From contig NC_086109.1 in assembly GCF_963921235.1 (NCBI RefSeq), positions 1,116,001-1,180,000 on the forward strand: a stretch of 64,000 bases of DNA, given 5' to 3'. This DNA comes from Mobula hypostoma (lineage: Eukaryota). Shown piece by piece: positions 51,580 through 64,000 of the stretch (positions within the stretch are counted from its first letter, which is position 1; each line of letters starts with the position of its first letter). The translations under genes and the position numbers were made by a program. Below the pieces are notes generated by a model. The model searched no databases and was not told where the DNA came from. It worked only from the letters and a program-made list of their open reading frames with translations.

Positions 51580-54500
51580 GACTGTGTGTGTGGGGGGGGT
51601 CAGTGTGACTCAGTGACTGTGTGTGTGGGGGGGTCAGTGTGACTCAGTGACTGTGTGTGTGGGGGGGTCAGTGTGACTCAGTGACTGTGTGTGTGGGGGG
51701 GGTCAGTGTGACTCAGTGACTGTGTGTGTGTGGGGGGTCAGTGTGACTCAGTGACTGTGTGTGTGGGGGGGTCACTGTGACTCAGTGACTGTATGTGTGT
51801 GGGGGGGTCAGTGTGACTCAGTGACTGTGTGTGTGTGGGGGGGTCAGTGTGACTCAGTGACTGTGTGTGGGGGGGTCAGTGTGACTCAGTGACTGTGTGT
51901 GTGTGGGGGGGGGTCAGTGTGACTCAGTGACTGTGTGTGTGTGGGGGGGTCAGTGTGACTCAGTGACTGTGTGTGTGGGGGGGTCAGTGTGACTCAGTGA
52001 CTGTGTGTGTGTGGGGGGGGGGTCACTGTGACTCAGTGACTGTGTGTGTGGGGGGGTCAGTGTGACTCAGTGACTGTGTGTGTGTGTGGGGGGGTCAGTG
52101 TGACTCAGTGACTGTTTGTGTGGGGGGGTCAGTGTGACTCAGTGACTGTGTGTGTGGGGGGGGGTCAGTGTGACTCAGTGACTGTGTGTGTGTGTGTGGG
52201 GGGTCACTGTGACTCAGTGGCTGTGTGTGTGTGGGGGGGGTCAGTGTGACTCAGTGACTGTGTGTGTGGGGGGGTCAGTGTGACTCAGTGTCTGTGTGTG
52301 TGGGGGGGGTCAGTGTGACTCAGTGACTGTTGTGTGTGGGGGGGTCAGTGTGACTCAGTGACTGTGTGTGTGGGGGGGGTCAGTGTGACTCAGTGACTGT
52401 GTGTGGGGGGGGTGTGTGTGTGTGTGTGGGGGGTCACTGTGACTCAGTGGCTGTGTGTGTGTGTCGGGGGTCAGTGTGACTCAGTGACTGTGTGTGTGGG
52501 GGGGGTCAGTGTGACTCAGTGACTGTGTGTGTGGGCGGGTCAGTGTGACTCAGTGAATGTGTGTGTGTGTGGGGGGGTCAGTGTGACTCAGTGACTGTGT
52601 GTGTGGGGGGAGTCAGTGTGACTCAGTGACTGTGTGTGTGTGTGTGGGGGGTCAGTGTGACTCAGTGACTGTGTGTGTGGGGGGGTCAGTGTGACTCAGT
52701 GACTGTGTGTGTGGGGGGGGTCAGTGTGACTCAGTGACTGTGTGTGTGTGTGGGGGGTCAGTGTGACTCAGTGACTGTGTGTGTGTGTGGGGGGGTCAGT
52801 GTGACTCAGTGACTGTGTGTGTGGGGGGGTCAGTGTGACTCAGTGACTGTGTGTGTGTGGGGGGGGTCAGTGTGACTCAGTGACTGTGTGTGTGGGGGGG
52901 AGTCAGTGTGACTCAGTGACTGTGTGTGTGGGGGGGTCAGTGTGACTCAGTGACTGTGTGGGGGGGTCAGTGTGACTCAGTGACTGTGTGTGTGGGGGGG
53001 GTCAGTGTGACTCAGTGACTGTGTGTGTGTGTGGGGGGGGTCAGTGTGACTCAGTGACTGTGTGTGTGGGGGGGTCAGTGTGACTCAGTGACTGTGTGTG
53101 TGTGGGGGGGGTCAGTGTGACTCAGTGACTGTGTGTGTGGGTGGGGGTCAGTGTGACTCAGTGACTGTGTGTGTGTGGGGGGGGTCAGTGTGACTCAGTG
53201 ACTGTGTGGTGGGGGGGTCAGTGTGACTCAGTGACTTTGTGTGGGTCAGTGTGACTCAGTGACTGTGTGTGTGGGGGGGTGACTCAGTGACTGTGTGGGG
53301 GGTCAGTGTGACTCAGTGACTGTGTGTGTGGGGGGGGGTCAGTGTGACTCAGTGACTGTGTGTGGGGGGTCACTGTGACTCAGTGACTGTGTGTGGGTGG
53401 GTCAGTGTGACTCAGTGACTGTGTGTGGGGGGGAGTCAGTGTGACTCAGTGACTGTGTGTGTGTGGGGGGGTCAGTGTGACTCAGTGACTGTGTGTGTGG
53501 GGGGGGTCAGTGTGACTCAGTGACTGTGTGTGTGTGTGGGGGGGTCAGTGTGACTCAGTGACTGTGTGTGTGGGGGGGTCAGTGTGACTCAGTGACTGTG
53601 TGTGTGTGTGGGGGGGTCAGTGTGACTCAGTGACTGTGTGTGTGTGGGGGAGGGGTCACTGTGACTCAGTGACTGTGTGTGTGTGGGGGGGTCAGTGTGA
53701 CTCAGTGACTGTGTGTGTGGGGGGGTCAGTGTGACTCAGTGACTGTGTGTGTGTGTGGGGGGGTCAGTGTGACTCAGTGGTGTGTGTGGGGGGGTCATGT
53801 GACTCAGTGACTGTGGTGTGTGGGGGGGGTCAGTGACTAGTGATAGTGACTCAGTGACTGTGTGTGTGGGGGGGTGTGGATGTGTGGGGGGTCATGTATC
53901 AGTGACTGTGTGTGTGTGGGGGGGGTCAATGTGACTCAGTGACTGTGTGTGTGGGGGGGTCAGTGTGACTCAGTGAATGTGTGTGTGTGTGGGGGGGTCA
54001 GTTGCACAGTGACTGTGTGTGGGGGAGTCAGGTCAGTGATGTGTTGGGGGGTCAGTGTGACTCAGTGTGTGTGTGGGGGGGTCAGTGTGACTCAGTGACT
54101 GTGTGAATGTGTGTGTGGGGGGGGTCAGTGTGACTCAGTGATGTGTGTGTGTGGGGGGGTCAGTGTGACTCAGTGACTGTGTGTGTGTGGGGGGGTGTCA
54201 GTGTGACTCAGTGACTGTGTGTGTGGGGGGGTCACTGTGACTCAGTGACTGTGTGTGTGTGTGGGGGGGTCAGTGTGACTCAGTGACTGTGTGTGTGTGT
54301 GGGGGGGTCAGTGTGACTCAGTGACTGTGTGTGTGTGTGGGGGGGGTCAGTGTGACTCAGTGACTGTGTGTGTGTGTGGGGGGGTCAGTGTGACTCAGTG
54401 ACTGTGTGTGTGTGGGGGGGTCAGTGTGACTCAGTGACTGTGTGTGTGGGGGGGGTCAGTGTGACTCAGTGACTGTGTGTGTGGGGGGTCATGTGACTCA

Positions 54501-57500
54501 GTGATTGTGTGTGGGGGGGGTCAGTGTGACCAGTGACTGTGTGGGGGGGGTCAGGTGTGTGGGGGGGTCAGTGTGACTCAGTGATGTGTGTGTGTGACAG
54601 TGATGTGTGTTGGGGGGGTCATGTGAGTGTGACTCAGTGACTGTGTGTGTGTGTGGGGGGGTCAGTGTGACCAGTGACTGGGGGGGTAGTGACAGTGTGT
54701 GTGTTGTGGGGGGGGTCAGTGTGACTCAGTGATGTGTGTGTGTGGGGGGGGGGTCAGTGTCATGTGACTCAGTGACTGTGTGTGTGTGTGGGGGGGTCAG
54801 TGTGATTCAGTGACTGTGTGTGTGTGTGTGGGGGGGGTCAGTGTGACTCAGTGAATGTGTGTGTGTGTGGGGGGGTCAGTGTGACTCAGTGACTGTGTGT
54901 GTGTGGGGGGGTCAGTGTGACTCAGTGACTGTGTGTGTGTGGGGGGGTCAGTGTGATTAGTGACTGTGTGTGTGGGGGGGGGTCAGTGTGACTCAGTGAC
55001 TCAGTGTGTGTGTGTGGGGGGGGTCAGTGTGACTCAGTGACTGTGTGTGTGTGGGGGGGGTCAGTGTGACTCAGTGACTGTGTGTGTGGGGGGGGTCAGT
55101 GTGACTCAGTGACTGTTTGTGTGTGGGGGGGTCAGTGTGACTCAGTGACTGTGTGTGTGTGTGGGGGGGGTCAGTGTGACTCAGTGAATGTGTGTGTGTG
55201 TGGGGGGGTCAGTGTGACACAGTGACTGTGTGTGTGTGGGGGGGTCAGTGTGACTCAGTGACTGTGTGTGTGTGTGGGGGGGTTCAGTGTGACTCAGTGA
55301 CTGTGTGTGTGTGTGGGGGGGGTCAGTGTGACTGAGTGACTGTGTGTGTGTGGGGGGGGTCAGTGTGACTCAGTGACTGTGTGTGTGTGGGGGGTCAGTG
55401 TGACTCAGTGACTGTGTGTGTGGGGGGGGGTCAGTGTGACACAGTGACTGTGTGTGTGTGTGGGGGGCATGTGGGCTGGTCACAGTGTGACTCAGTGACT
55501 GTGTGTGTGTGTGGGGGGGTCAGTGTGACTCAGTGACTGTGTGTGTGTGTGGGGGGGTCAGTGTGACTCAGTGACTGTGTGTGTGGGGGGGGGTCAGTGT
55601 GACTCAGTGACTGTGTGTGTGTGTGGGGGGGTCAGTGTGACTCAGTGACTGTGTGTGTGTGTGTGGGGGGGTCAGTGTGACTCAGTGACTGTGTGTGTGT
55701 GGGGGGGTCAGTGTGACTCAGTGACTGTGTGTGGGGGGGTCAGTGTGACTCAGTGACTGTGTGAATGTGTGTGGGGGGGGTCAGTGTGACTCAGTGACTC
55801 TGTGTGTGTGGGGGGGGTCAGTGTGACTCAGTGACTGTGTGTTTGGGGGGGGTCAGTGTGACTCAGTGACTGTGTGTGTGTGGGGGGGGTCAGTGTGACT
55901 CAGTGACTGTGTGTGTGTGGGGGGGGTCAGTGTGACTCAGTGACTGTGTGTGTGTGTGGGGGGGTCAGTGTGACTTAGTGACTGTGTGTGTGTGTGGGGG
56001 GGGTCAGTGTGACTGAGTGACTGTGTGTGTGTGGGGGGGGTCAGTGTGACTCAGTGACTGTGTGTGTGTGGGGGGTCAGTGTGACACAGTGACTGTGTGT
56101 GTGTGGGGGGGTCAGTGTGACTCAGTGACTGTGTGTGTGGGGGGGGTCACTGTGACTCTGACTGTGTGTGTGGGGGGGGTCAGTGACTCAGTGTGTGTGT
56201 GTGGGGGGGGGTCAGTGTGACTCAGTGAATGTGTGTGTGTGGAGGGGGGTCAGTGTGTCTCAGTGACTGTGTGTATGTGTGGGGGGGGGTCAGTGTGACT
56301 CAGTGACTGTGTGTGTGTGGGTGGTCACTGTGACTCAGTGAATGTGTGTGTGTGTGGGGGGTCAGTGTGACTCAGTGACTGTGTGTGGGGGGTCAGTGTG
56401 ACTCAGTGACTGTGTGTGTGTGTGGGGGGGTCAGTGTGACTCAGTGACTGTGTGTGGGGGGTCAGTGTGACTCAGTGACTATGTGTGTGGGGGGGTCAGT
56501 GTGACTCAGTGACTGTGTGTGTGGGGGGGTCACTGTGATTCAGTGAGTGTGTGTGTGTGGGGGGGGGGTCAATGTGACTCAGTGACTGTGTGTGTGGGGG
56601 GGTCAGTGTGACACAGTGACAGTGTGTGTGTGTGGGGGGTTCTGTGTGACACAGTGACTGTGTATGTGTGGGGAGGGGGTCACTGTGACTCAGTGACTGT
56701 GTGTGTGTGGGGGGGTGTCAGTGTGACTCAGTGACTGTGTGTGTGTGTGGGGGGGGTCACTGTGACTCAGTGACTGTGTGTGTGGGGGGGGGGTCAGTGT
56801 GACTCAGTGACTGTGTGTGTGTGTGGGGGGGTCACTGTGACTCAGTGACTGTGTGTGTGGGGGGTGTCAGTGTGACTCAGTGACTGTGTGTGTGTGGGGG
56901 GGGGTCAGTGTGACACAGTGACTGTGTGTGTGTGGGGGGGGGGTCAGTGTGACTCAGTGACTGTGTGTGTGTGGGGGGTCAGTGTGACTCAGTGACTGTG
57001 TGTGTGTGGGGGGTCAGTCTGACTCAGTGACTGTGTGTGTGGGGGGGGTCAATGTGACTCAGTGACTGTGTGTGTGTGTGGGGGTGTCAGTGTGGCTCAG
57101 TGACTGTGTGTGTGTGTGGGGGGGTCAGTGTGACTGAGTGACTGTGTGTGTGTGGGGGGGGTCAGTGTGACTCAGTGACTGTGTGTGGGGGGTCAGTGTG
57201 ACTCAGTGACTGTGTGTGTGGGGGGGGTCAATGTGACTCAGTGACTGTGTGTTTGGGGGGGGTCAGTGTGACTCAGTGACTGTGTGTGTGCGGGGGGTTC
57301 TGTGTGACACAGTGTGTATGTGTGGGGAGGGGGTCACTGTGACTCAGTGACTGTGTGTGTGTGTGGGGGGTGTCAGTGTGACTCAGTGACAGTGTGTGTG
57401 TGGGGGGGTCACTGTGACTCAGTGACTGTGTGTGTGGGGGGGGGTCAGTGTGACTCAGTGACTGTGTGTGTGTGTGGGGGGTCAGTGTGACACAGTGACT

Positions 57501-58704
57501 GTGTGTGGGGGGGGTCAGTGTGACTATGTGACTGAGTGTGTGGGGGGGTCAGTGTGACTCAGTGACTGTGTGTGTGTGTGGGGGGGTCAGTGTGACTCAG
57601 TGACTGTGTGTGTGTGGGGGGGTCAGTGTGACTCAGTGACTGTGTGTGTGGGGGGGGTCAGTGTGACTCAGTGACTGGGTGTGTGGGGGAGTCAGTGTGA
57701 CTCAGTGACTGTGTGTGTGCGTGTGGGGGTCAGTGTGACTCAGTGACTGTGTGTGTGTGGGGGGGGTCAGTGTGACTCAGTGTGTGTGTGTGTGTGGGAG
57801 GGTCAGTGTGACTCAGTGACTGTGTGTGTGTGGGCGTGTCAGTGTGACTCAGTGTGTGTATGTGTGTGTGTGTGTGTGGGGGGGTCAGTGTGACTCAGTG
57901 ACTGTGTGTGTGTGGAGGGGGTCAGTGTGACTCAGTGTGTGTGTGTGTGTGTGTGTGTGTGGGGGGGGGGTCAGTGTGACTCAGTGACTGTGTGTGTGGG
58001 GGAGGGTCAGTGTGACTCAGTGACTGTGTGTGTGTGGGGGGGGATCAGTGTGACTCAGTGACTGTGTGTGTTTGGGGGTGTCAGTGTGACTCAGTGTGTG
58101 TATGTGTGTGTGTGTGTGGGGGGTCAGTGTGACTCAGTGACTGTGTGTGTGTGGAGGGGGTCAGTGTGGAGGGGGTCAGTGTGACTCAGTGTGTGTGTGT
58201 GTGTGTGTGTGTGTGGGGGGGGGGTCAGTGTGACTCAGTGACTGTGTGTGTGTGTCGGGGGGTCAGTGTGACTCAGTGCCTGTGTGTGTGGGGGGGGGTC
58301 AGTGTGACTCAGTGACTGTGTGTGTGTTGGGGGGGGATCAGTGTGACTCAGTGACTGTGTGTGTGTGGGGGGGGGATCAGGTTGACTCAGTGACAGTGTG
58401 TGTGTGGGGGGGGGGATCAGGTTGACTCAGTGACAGTGTGTGTGTGGGGGGTCTGTGTGACTCATTGACTGTGTGTGTGTGGGGGGGGTTCAGTGTGACT
58501 CAGTGACTGTGTGTGTGGGGTGGGTCAGTGTGACTCACTGACAGTGTGTGTGGGGGGGGTCAGTGTGACTCAGTGACTGTGTGTGTGGGGGGGTCAGTGT
58601 GACAGTGACTGTGTGGGGGTGTCAGTGTGACTTAGTGACTGTATGGGGGGGTCAGGTTGACACAGTGACTGTGTCGGGGGGGGGGTCAGTGTGACTCAGT
58701 GACT
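51580..58704. repeat. Satellite of ~35-38-bp units GTCAGTGTGACTCAGTGAC(TG)n(G)n
   Basis: Constant core with variable TG and G tracts over ~7.1 kb. Confidence 0.97.
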
Positions 58705-58823
58705 ATAGTGTTACTCTATACTGCAGTGCCTGGATGTGTGGACATGTCTGACAAATTGCTCAATGTTCTGCGACTGTGAAGTTTATGGTCAATTGTGCCA
58801 CGTTTCTGAATTTTGTCCCAGAC

Positions 58824-58972
58824 TCACTGGAGGTCTTTTCTCACAACCGTCCCACTTCCCTGAGGTACTGTTTCTGCCATTACCCTGTTGTTCTCCTGAT
58901 CGTGCCTCCTGTCAAACTGACGGTCCTCTCTTCGCACCACATTTGCATAAATAGTCTCTGATCCTTCTGGGT
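58824..58972 (-). CDS. Cytoplasmic-tail exon of a putative immune-type receptor with an ITSM-like motif (TIYANV)
   Basis: Acceptor ctgctctgttccacag|, phase 1. Reads (D)PEGSETIYANVVRREDRQFDRRHDQENNRVMAETVPQGSGTVVRKDLQ*. The stop overlaps a possible donor ca|gtgagt. Confidence 0.7.
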
Positions 58973-59235
58973 CTGTGGAACAGAGCAGTGAGTTGACAGG
59001 GTCTGTACTTTCAACTTGTTCCCCATCTATCCCATGTAACCCGTCTTTCCATTAACCCTTCCACACTCTACCCCAGCTGACACATCACTCCATCAACCCT
59101 TCCGCACTCTACCGTCGCTAACCCCCTCTCCATCAATCCTTCCCCTCTCTACCCCAGCTTACACATCACTCCATCAACCCTTACCCAGTGTACCTCAGCT
59201 AACCCCTCACTGCATCAACACTTACCCAGTGTACC

Positions 59236-59885
59236 TAATGGCACGCTGGCCTTTATAAGAAGGACAGTTGAGTATAAGAGCAAAGAGGTCCTTCTGCAGC
59301 TGTACAGGGCCCAGGTGAGACCACACCTGGAGTACTGTGTGCAGTTTTGGCCTCGAAATTTGAGGAAGGACATTCTTGCTATTGAGGGAGTGCAGCGTAG
59401 GTTCACAAGGTTAATTCCCGGGATGGTGGGACTGTCATATGTTGAAAGATTGGAGTGACTGGGCTTGTATACTCTGGAATTTAGAAGGCTGAGAGGGGAT
59501 CTTATTGAAACATATAAGATTATTAAGGGATTGGACCCGCTGGAGGCAGGAAGCAGGAAGCATATTCCCGCTGATGGGTGAGTCCAGACCCAGAGGCCAC
59601 AGTTTAAGAATACGGGGTAGGCCATTTAGAACAGAGTTCAGGAAAAACTTTTTCACCCTGAGAGTGGTGGATATGTGGAATGCTCTGCCCCAGAAGGCTG
59701 TGGAGGCCAAGTCTCTGGATGCTTTCAAGAAAGAGATGGATAGAGCTCTTAAAGATAGCGGAATCAAAGGTTATGGGAATAAGGCAGGAACTGGATACTG
59801 ATTGTGGATGATCAGCCATGATCACAGTGAATGGCAGTGCTGGCTCGACGGGCCGAATGGCCTACGCTTGCACCTATTGTCTATT
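59236..59885 (+). mobile_element. CR1 LINE 3' fragment inserted in the receptor intron (antisense to the gene)
   Basis: NGTLAFI..EVLLQLYRAQVRPHLEYCVQFW..RGHSLRIRGRPFRTE, with 3' UTR ending ctattgtctatt. Confidence 0.9.
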
Positions 59886-60000
59886 AACCCTTCCTTCCAT
59901 CAGTCCTTCCCCACTCTACCCCTGCTAAACCCTCTTTGCATTCCTATTTCCCCAGTCCTCCCCTTCCACACCCTCCAGAGTCATTGTCCGATGTACTTGC

Positions 60001-60198
60001 CTTCAGTGTTTGAAGACCCTTCCCTCCCTGCTGCTCTCCTTCTGCATTTGACGATGAGAATCACAACGAGGGGGGAGATCAGGATGACCCCCAGAACAAG
60101 CAGTCCGATCGTCAGGGCTATTTTCTGAAGCCCAGATCCTGTTGCTGTTGTTTTTGTTGTCGTTGTTGTTGGCGGTTTTGCTGCTGTTGTATCGGGTG
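60001..60198 (-). CDS. Stalk + transmembrane exon of a type I membrane receptor
   Basis: Acceptor tcttctctcttcccctggtgcag|, 198 nt, phase 1-1. Reads PDTTAAKPPTTTTTKTTATGSGLQKIALTIGLLVLGVILISPLVVILIVKCRRRAAGREGSSNTE. Donor AAG|GCAAGT. Confidence 0.8.
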
Positions 60199-60399
60199 CT
60201 GCACCAGGGGAAGAGAGAAGATCCCATCATTAATACCATGAAATGAATGGGTCCCCTTCATCCCACCTCAGGCTGCAGAAAATTCCCGTTTACATCAACA
60301 CCATACCTCTGATCACCCTGAGATAACTACACCCTGCCTCTTCCCATGTAATCCCTCCCACATCCCCCCCACACACTCTCCTCGAAACAAACCCCACAC

Positions 60400-63300
60400 T
60401 CGCTCCTCTTCCCTCACAGTCCCTCCTCACCCCTCACGCAATCTCTCCTCTCCCCTCACACACCCCCTCCACTCCCCTCACACACTCCCTCTTCTCCCCT
60501 CACAGACTCCCTCTTCTCCCCTCAAACACTCCCTCCTCTCCCCTCACACACTCCCTTTTCTCCCCTCACACACTCCCTCCTCTCCCCTCACACACTCCTT
60601 CTTCTCCCCTCACACACTCCCTCCTCTCCCCTCACACACTCCCTCTTCTCCCCTCACACACTCCCTCCTCTCCCCTCACACACTCCCTTTTCTCCCCTCA
60701 CACACTCCCTCCTCTCCCCTCACACACTCCTTCTTCTCCCATCACACACTCCCTCCTCTCCCCTCACACACTCCCTCTTCTCCCCTCACACACTCCCTCC
60801 TATCCCCTCTCCCCTCACACACTCCATCCTCTCCCCTCACACACTCCCTCCTCTCCCCTCACACACTCCCTCCTCTCCCCTCACACACCCCCTCCACTCC
60901 CCTCACACACTCCCTCCTCTCCCCTCACACACTCCCTCTTCTCCCATCACACACTCCCTCCTCTCCCCTCACACACTCCCTCTTCTCCCCTCACACACTC
61001 CCTCCACTCCCCTCTCCCCTCACACACTCCCTCCACTCCCCTCTCGCCTCACACACTCCCTCCTCTCCCCTCACCCCTCACACACTCTGTCCTCTCCCCT
61101 CACACACTCCCTCCACTCCCCTCTCCCCTCACACACTCCCTCTTCTCCCCTCACTGACTCCCTCCTCTCACCTCACACACCCCCTCCACTCCACTCACAC
61201 ACTCCCTCCTCTCCCCTCACACACTCAGTCCTCTCCCCTCACACACTCCCTCTTCTCCCCTCACACACTCCCTCCACTCCCCTCTCCCCTCACACACTCT
61301 GTCCTCTCCCCTCACACACCCCCTCTTCTCCCCTCACACACTCCCTCTTCTCCCCTTACACACTCCCTCTTCTCCCCTCATCACACACAAACTCCCTCCG
61401 CCTCCCTCACACACTCCCTCCTCACCCCTCACACACTCCTTCCACTCCCCTCACACACCCCCTCCTCTCCCCTCACCCAATCTCTCCACTCCCCTATCCC
61501 CTCACACACTCCCTCCTCTCCCCTCACAGACTCCCTCTTCTCCCCTCACACACTCCCTCTTCTCCCGTCACACACTCCCTCCTCTCCCCTCACACACTCC
61601 CTCCTCTCCTCCCACACACACTCCCTCCTCCTCCCTCACACACTCCCTCCTCTCCTCCCTCAGACACTCATTCCTCTCCCCTCTCCCCTCACACACTCCC
61701 TCCTCTCCCCTCACACACTTCCTCCTCCTCCCTCACACACTCCTTCCTCTCCCCTCACACACTCCCCCTCTCCCCTCACACACTCCCTCCTCTCCCCTCA
61801 TACATTCCCTCCTCCACCTCACACACTCCCTCCTCTCCCCACACAGTCCATCCTCTCCTCCCTCAAACACTCCCTCCTCTCCCCTCACACACTCCCTCCA
61901 CTCCCCTCTTGCCTCACACACTCCCTCCTCTCCACTCACACACTCCCTCCACTCCCCTCTTCCCTCACACACTCCCTCCTCTCCCCGCGCAGACTCCCTC
62001 CTCTCCCCTCACACACTCCCTCCTCTCCCCTCACACATTCCCTCCTCTCCCCTCACACACTCTCTCCTCTCCCAACACACACTCCCTCCTCTCCTCCATC
62101 ACACACTCTCTCCTCTCCCCATGCAGACTCCCTCCTCTCCTCTCACATCTCCCTCCACTCCTCTCTCACCTCACACACCCCCTCCTCTCCCCTCTCAGAC
62201 TCCCTCTTCTCCCCTCACACACTCCCTCCTCTCCCCTTACACACTCCCTCCTCTCCCCTCATCACACACAAACTCTCTCCGCCTCCCTCACACACTCCCT
62301 CCTCACCCCTCACACACCCCCTCCTCTCCCCTCACACACTCCCTACTCTCCCCTCACACACTCCCTCCAATCCCCTCTCCCCTCACACACTCCGTCCTCT
62401 CCCCTCACAGACTCCCTCTTCTCCACTCACACCCTCCTCTCCCCTCACACACCCCCTCCTCTCCCCTCACCCACTCTCTCCACTCCCCTCTCCCCTCACA
62501 CACTCCCTCCTCTCCCCTCACAGACTCCCTCTTCTCCCCTCACACACTCCCTCTTCTCCCCTTACACACTCCCTCTTCTCCCTTCATCACACACAAACTC
62601 CCTCCGCCTCCCTCACACACTCCCTCCTCACCCCTCACACACTCCCTCCACTCCCCTCACACACCCCCTCCTCCCCCCTCACCCACTCTCTCCACTCCCC
62701 TCTCCCCTCACACACTCCCTCCTCTCCCCTCACAGACTCTGTCTTCTCCCCTCACACACCCCCTCTTCTCCCCTCACCCACTCTCTCCACTCCCCTCTCC
62801 CCTCACACACTCCCTCCTCTCCCCTCACAGACTCTGTCTTCTCCCCTCACACACCCCCTCTTCTCCCCTCACCCACTCTCTCCACTCCCCTCTCCCCTCA
62901 CACACTCCCTCCTCTCCCCTCACAGACTCCCTCTTCTCCCCTCACACACTCCCTCTTCTCCCCTTACACACTCCCTCTTCTCCCTTCATCACACACAAAC
63001 TCCCTCCGCCTCCCTCACACACTCCCTCCTCACCCCTCACACACTCCCTCCACTCCCCTCACACACCCCCTCCTCCCCCCTCACCCACTCTCTCCACTCC
63101 CCTCTCCCCTCACACACTCCCTCCTCTCCCCTCACAGACTCTGTCTTCTCCCCTCACACACCCCCTCTTCTCCCCTCACACACTCCCTCCTCTCCCCTCA
63201 CACACTCCCTCCACTCCCCTCACACACTCCCTCCTCTCCTCCCTCACACACTCCCTCCTCCTCCCTCACACACTCCCTTCTCTCCTCCCTCAGACACTCA

Positions 63301-64000
63301 TTCCTCTCCCCTCTCCCCTCACACACTCTCTCCTCTCCCCTCACACACTCCCTCCTCCTCCCTCACACACTCCCTCCTCACCCCTCACACACTCCCCCTC
63401 TCCCCTCACACACTCCCTCCTCTCCCCTCATACATTCCCTCCTCCCCCTCACACACTCCCTCCTTTCCTCCCTCACACACTCCCTTCTCTTCCCTCACAC
63501 ACACCCTCTTCTCCCCTCACACACTCCCTGCTCTCCCCTCATCACACACAAACTCCCTCCGCCTCCCTCACACACTCCCTCCTCTCCCCTCACACAATCC
63601 CTCCTATCCCCTCACACACTCCCTCCACTCCCCTCACACACTCCCTCCTCTCCCCTCACCCACTCCCTCCTCCTCCTCGCTCACACACTCCCTCCTCTCC
63701 TCCCTCAGACACTCCTTCCTCTCCCCTCTCCCCTCACACACTCCCTCCTCTCCCTTCACACACTCCCTCCTCCTCCCTCACACACTCCCTCCTCTTCCCT
63801 CACACACACCCTCCTCTCCCCTCACACACTCCCTCCTCCTCCCTCACACACTCCCTCCTCTCCCCTCACTCACTCCCCCTCTCCCCTCACACACTCCCTC
63901 CTCTCCTCCCTCACACACTCCCTCCTCTCCTCCCTCACACACTCCTTCCTCTCCCCTCTCCCACTCCCTCCTCTCCCCTCACACACTCCCTCCTCCTCCC
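60400..64000. repeat. 22-bp pyrimidine-rich minisatellite, consensus CTCCCCTCACACACTCCCTCCT, running off the window
   Basis: Period of 22 measured at 60841-60863. Confidence 0.96.

Noticed and set aside
51580..58704. RSS heptamers (cacagtg/cactgtg) in satellite variants
   Set aside because: No properly spaced nonamers and no V/D/J segments.
60003..60239. Asn-rich ORF listed in the track
   Set aside because: Wrong frame; the overlapping frame gives the stalk-TM peptide with proper splice sites.

Overview
Vertebrate genomic DNA, very repeat-rich. The transposon mix (CR1, Rex/Babar-like, Tc1, Gmr1-type Gypsy, tRNA-SINE) suggests a cartilaginous fish, but that is inference. The window holds five coding exons (2-6) of SDHC on the + strand (3672-9461, polyA signal at 9532), all with canonical splice sites. 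The - strand carries two previously unannotated exons near 59-60 kb. They splice through a GC-AG intron into a type I membrane protein: Thr-rich stalk, TM helix, CRRR stop-transfer, and a cytoplasmic TIYANV motif matching the ITSM consensus. Two further candidate - strand exons at 12.9-13.0 kb and 10.06-10.43 kb (terminal, with AATAAA) converge on SDHC and may belong to the same gene. Over 60% of the window is tandem repeat: a 53/59-bp minisatellite, a 25-kb 24-bp C-rich satellite, a CCAAT-bearing array, a TGACTCA-bearing array and a 22-bp pyrimidine-rich array. There is also an internally deleted Gmr1-like LTR retrotransposon and a 200-N assembly gap. The very long Pro/Thr/His ORFs are satellite artefacts. 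No prokaryotic-type system (CRISPR etc.) is present.
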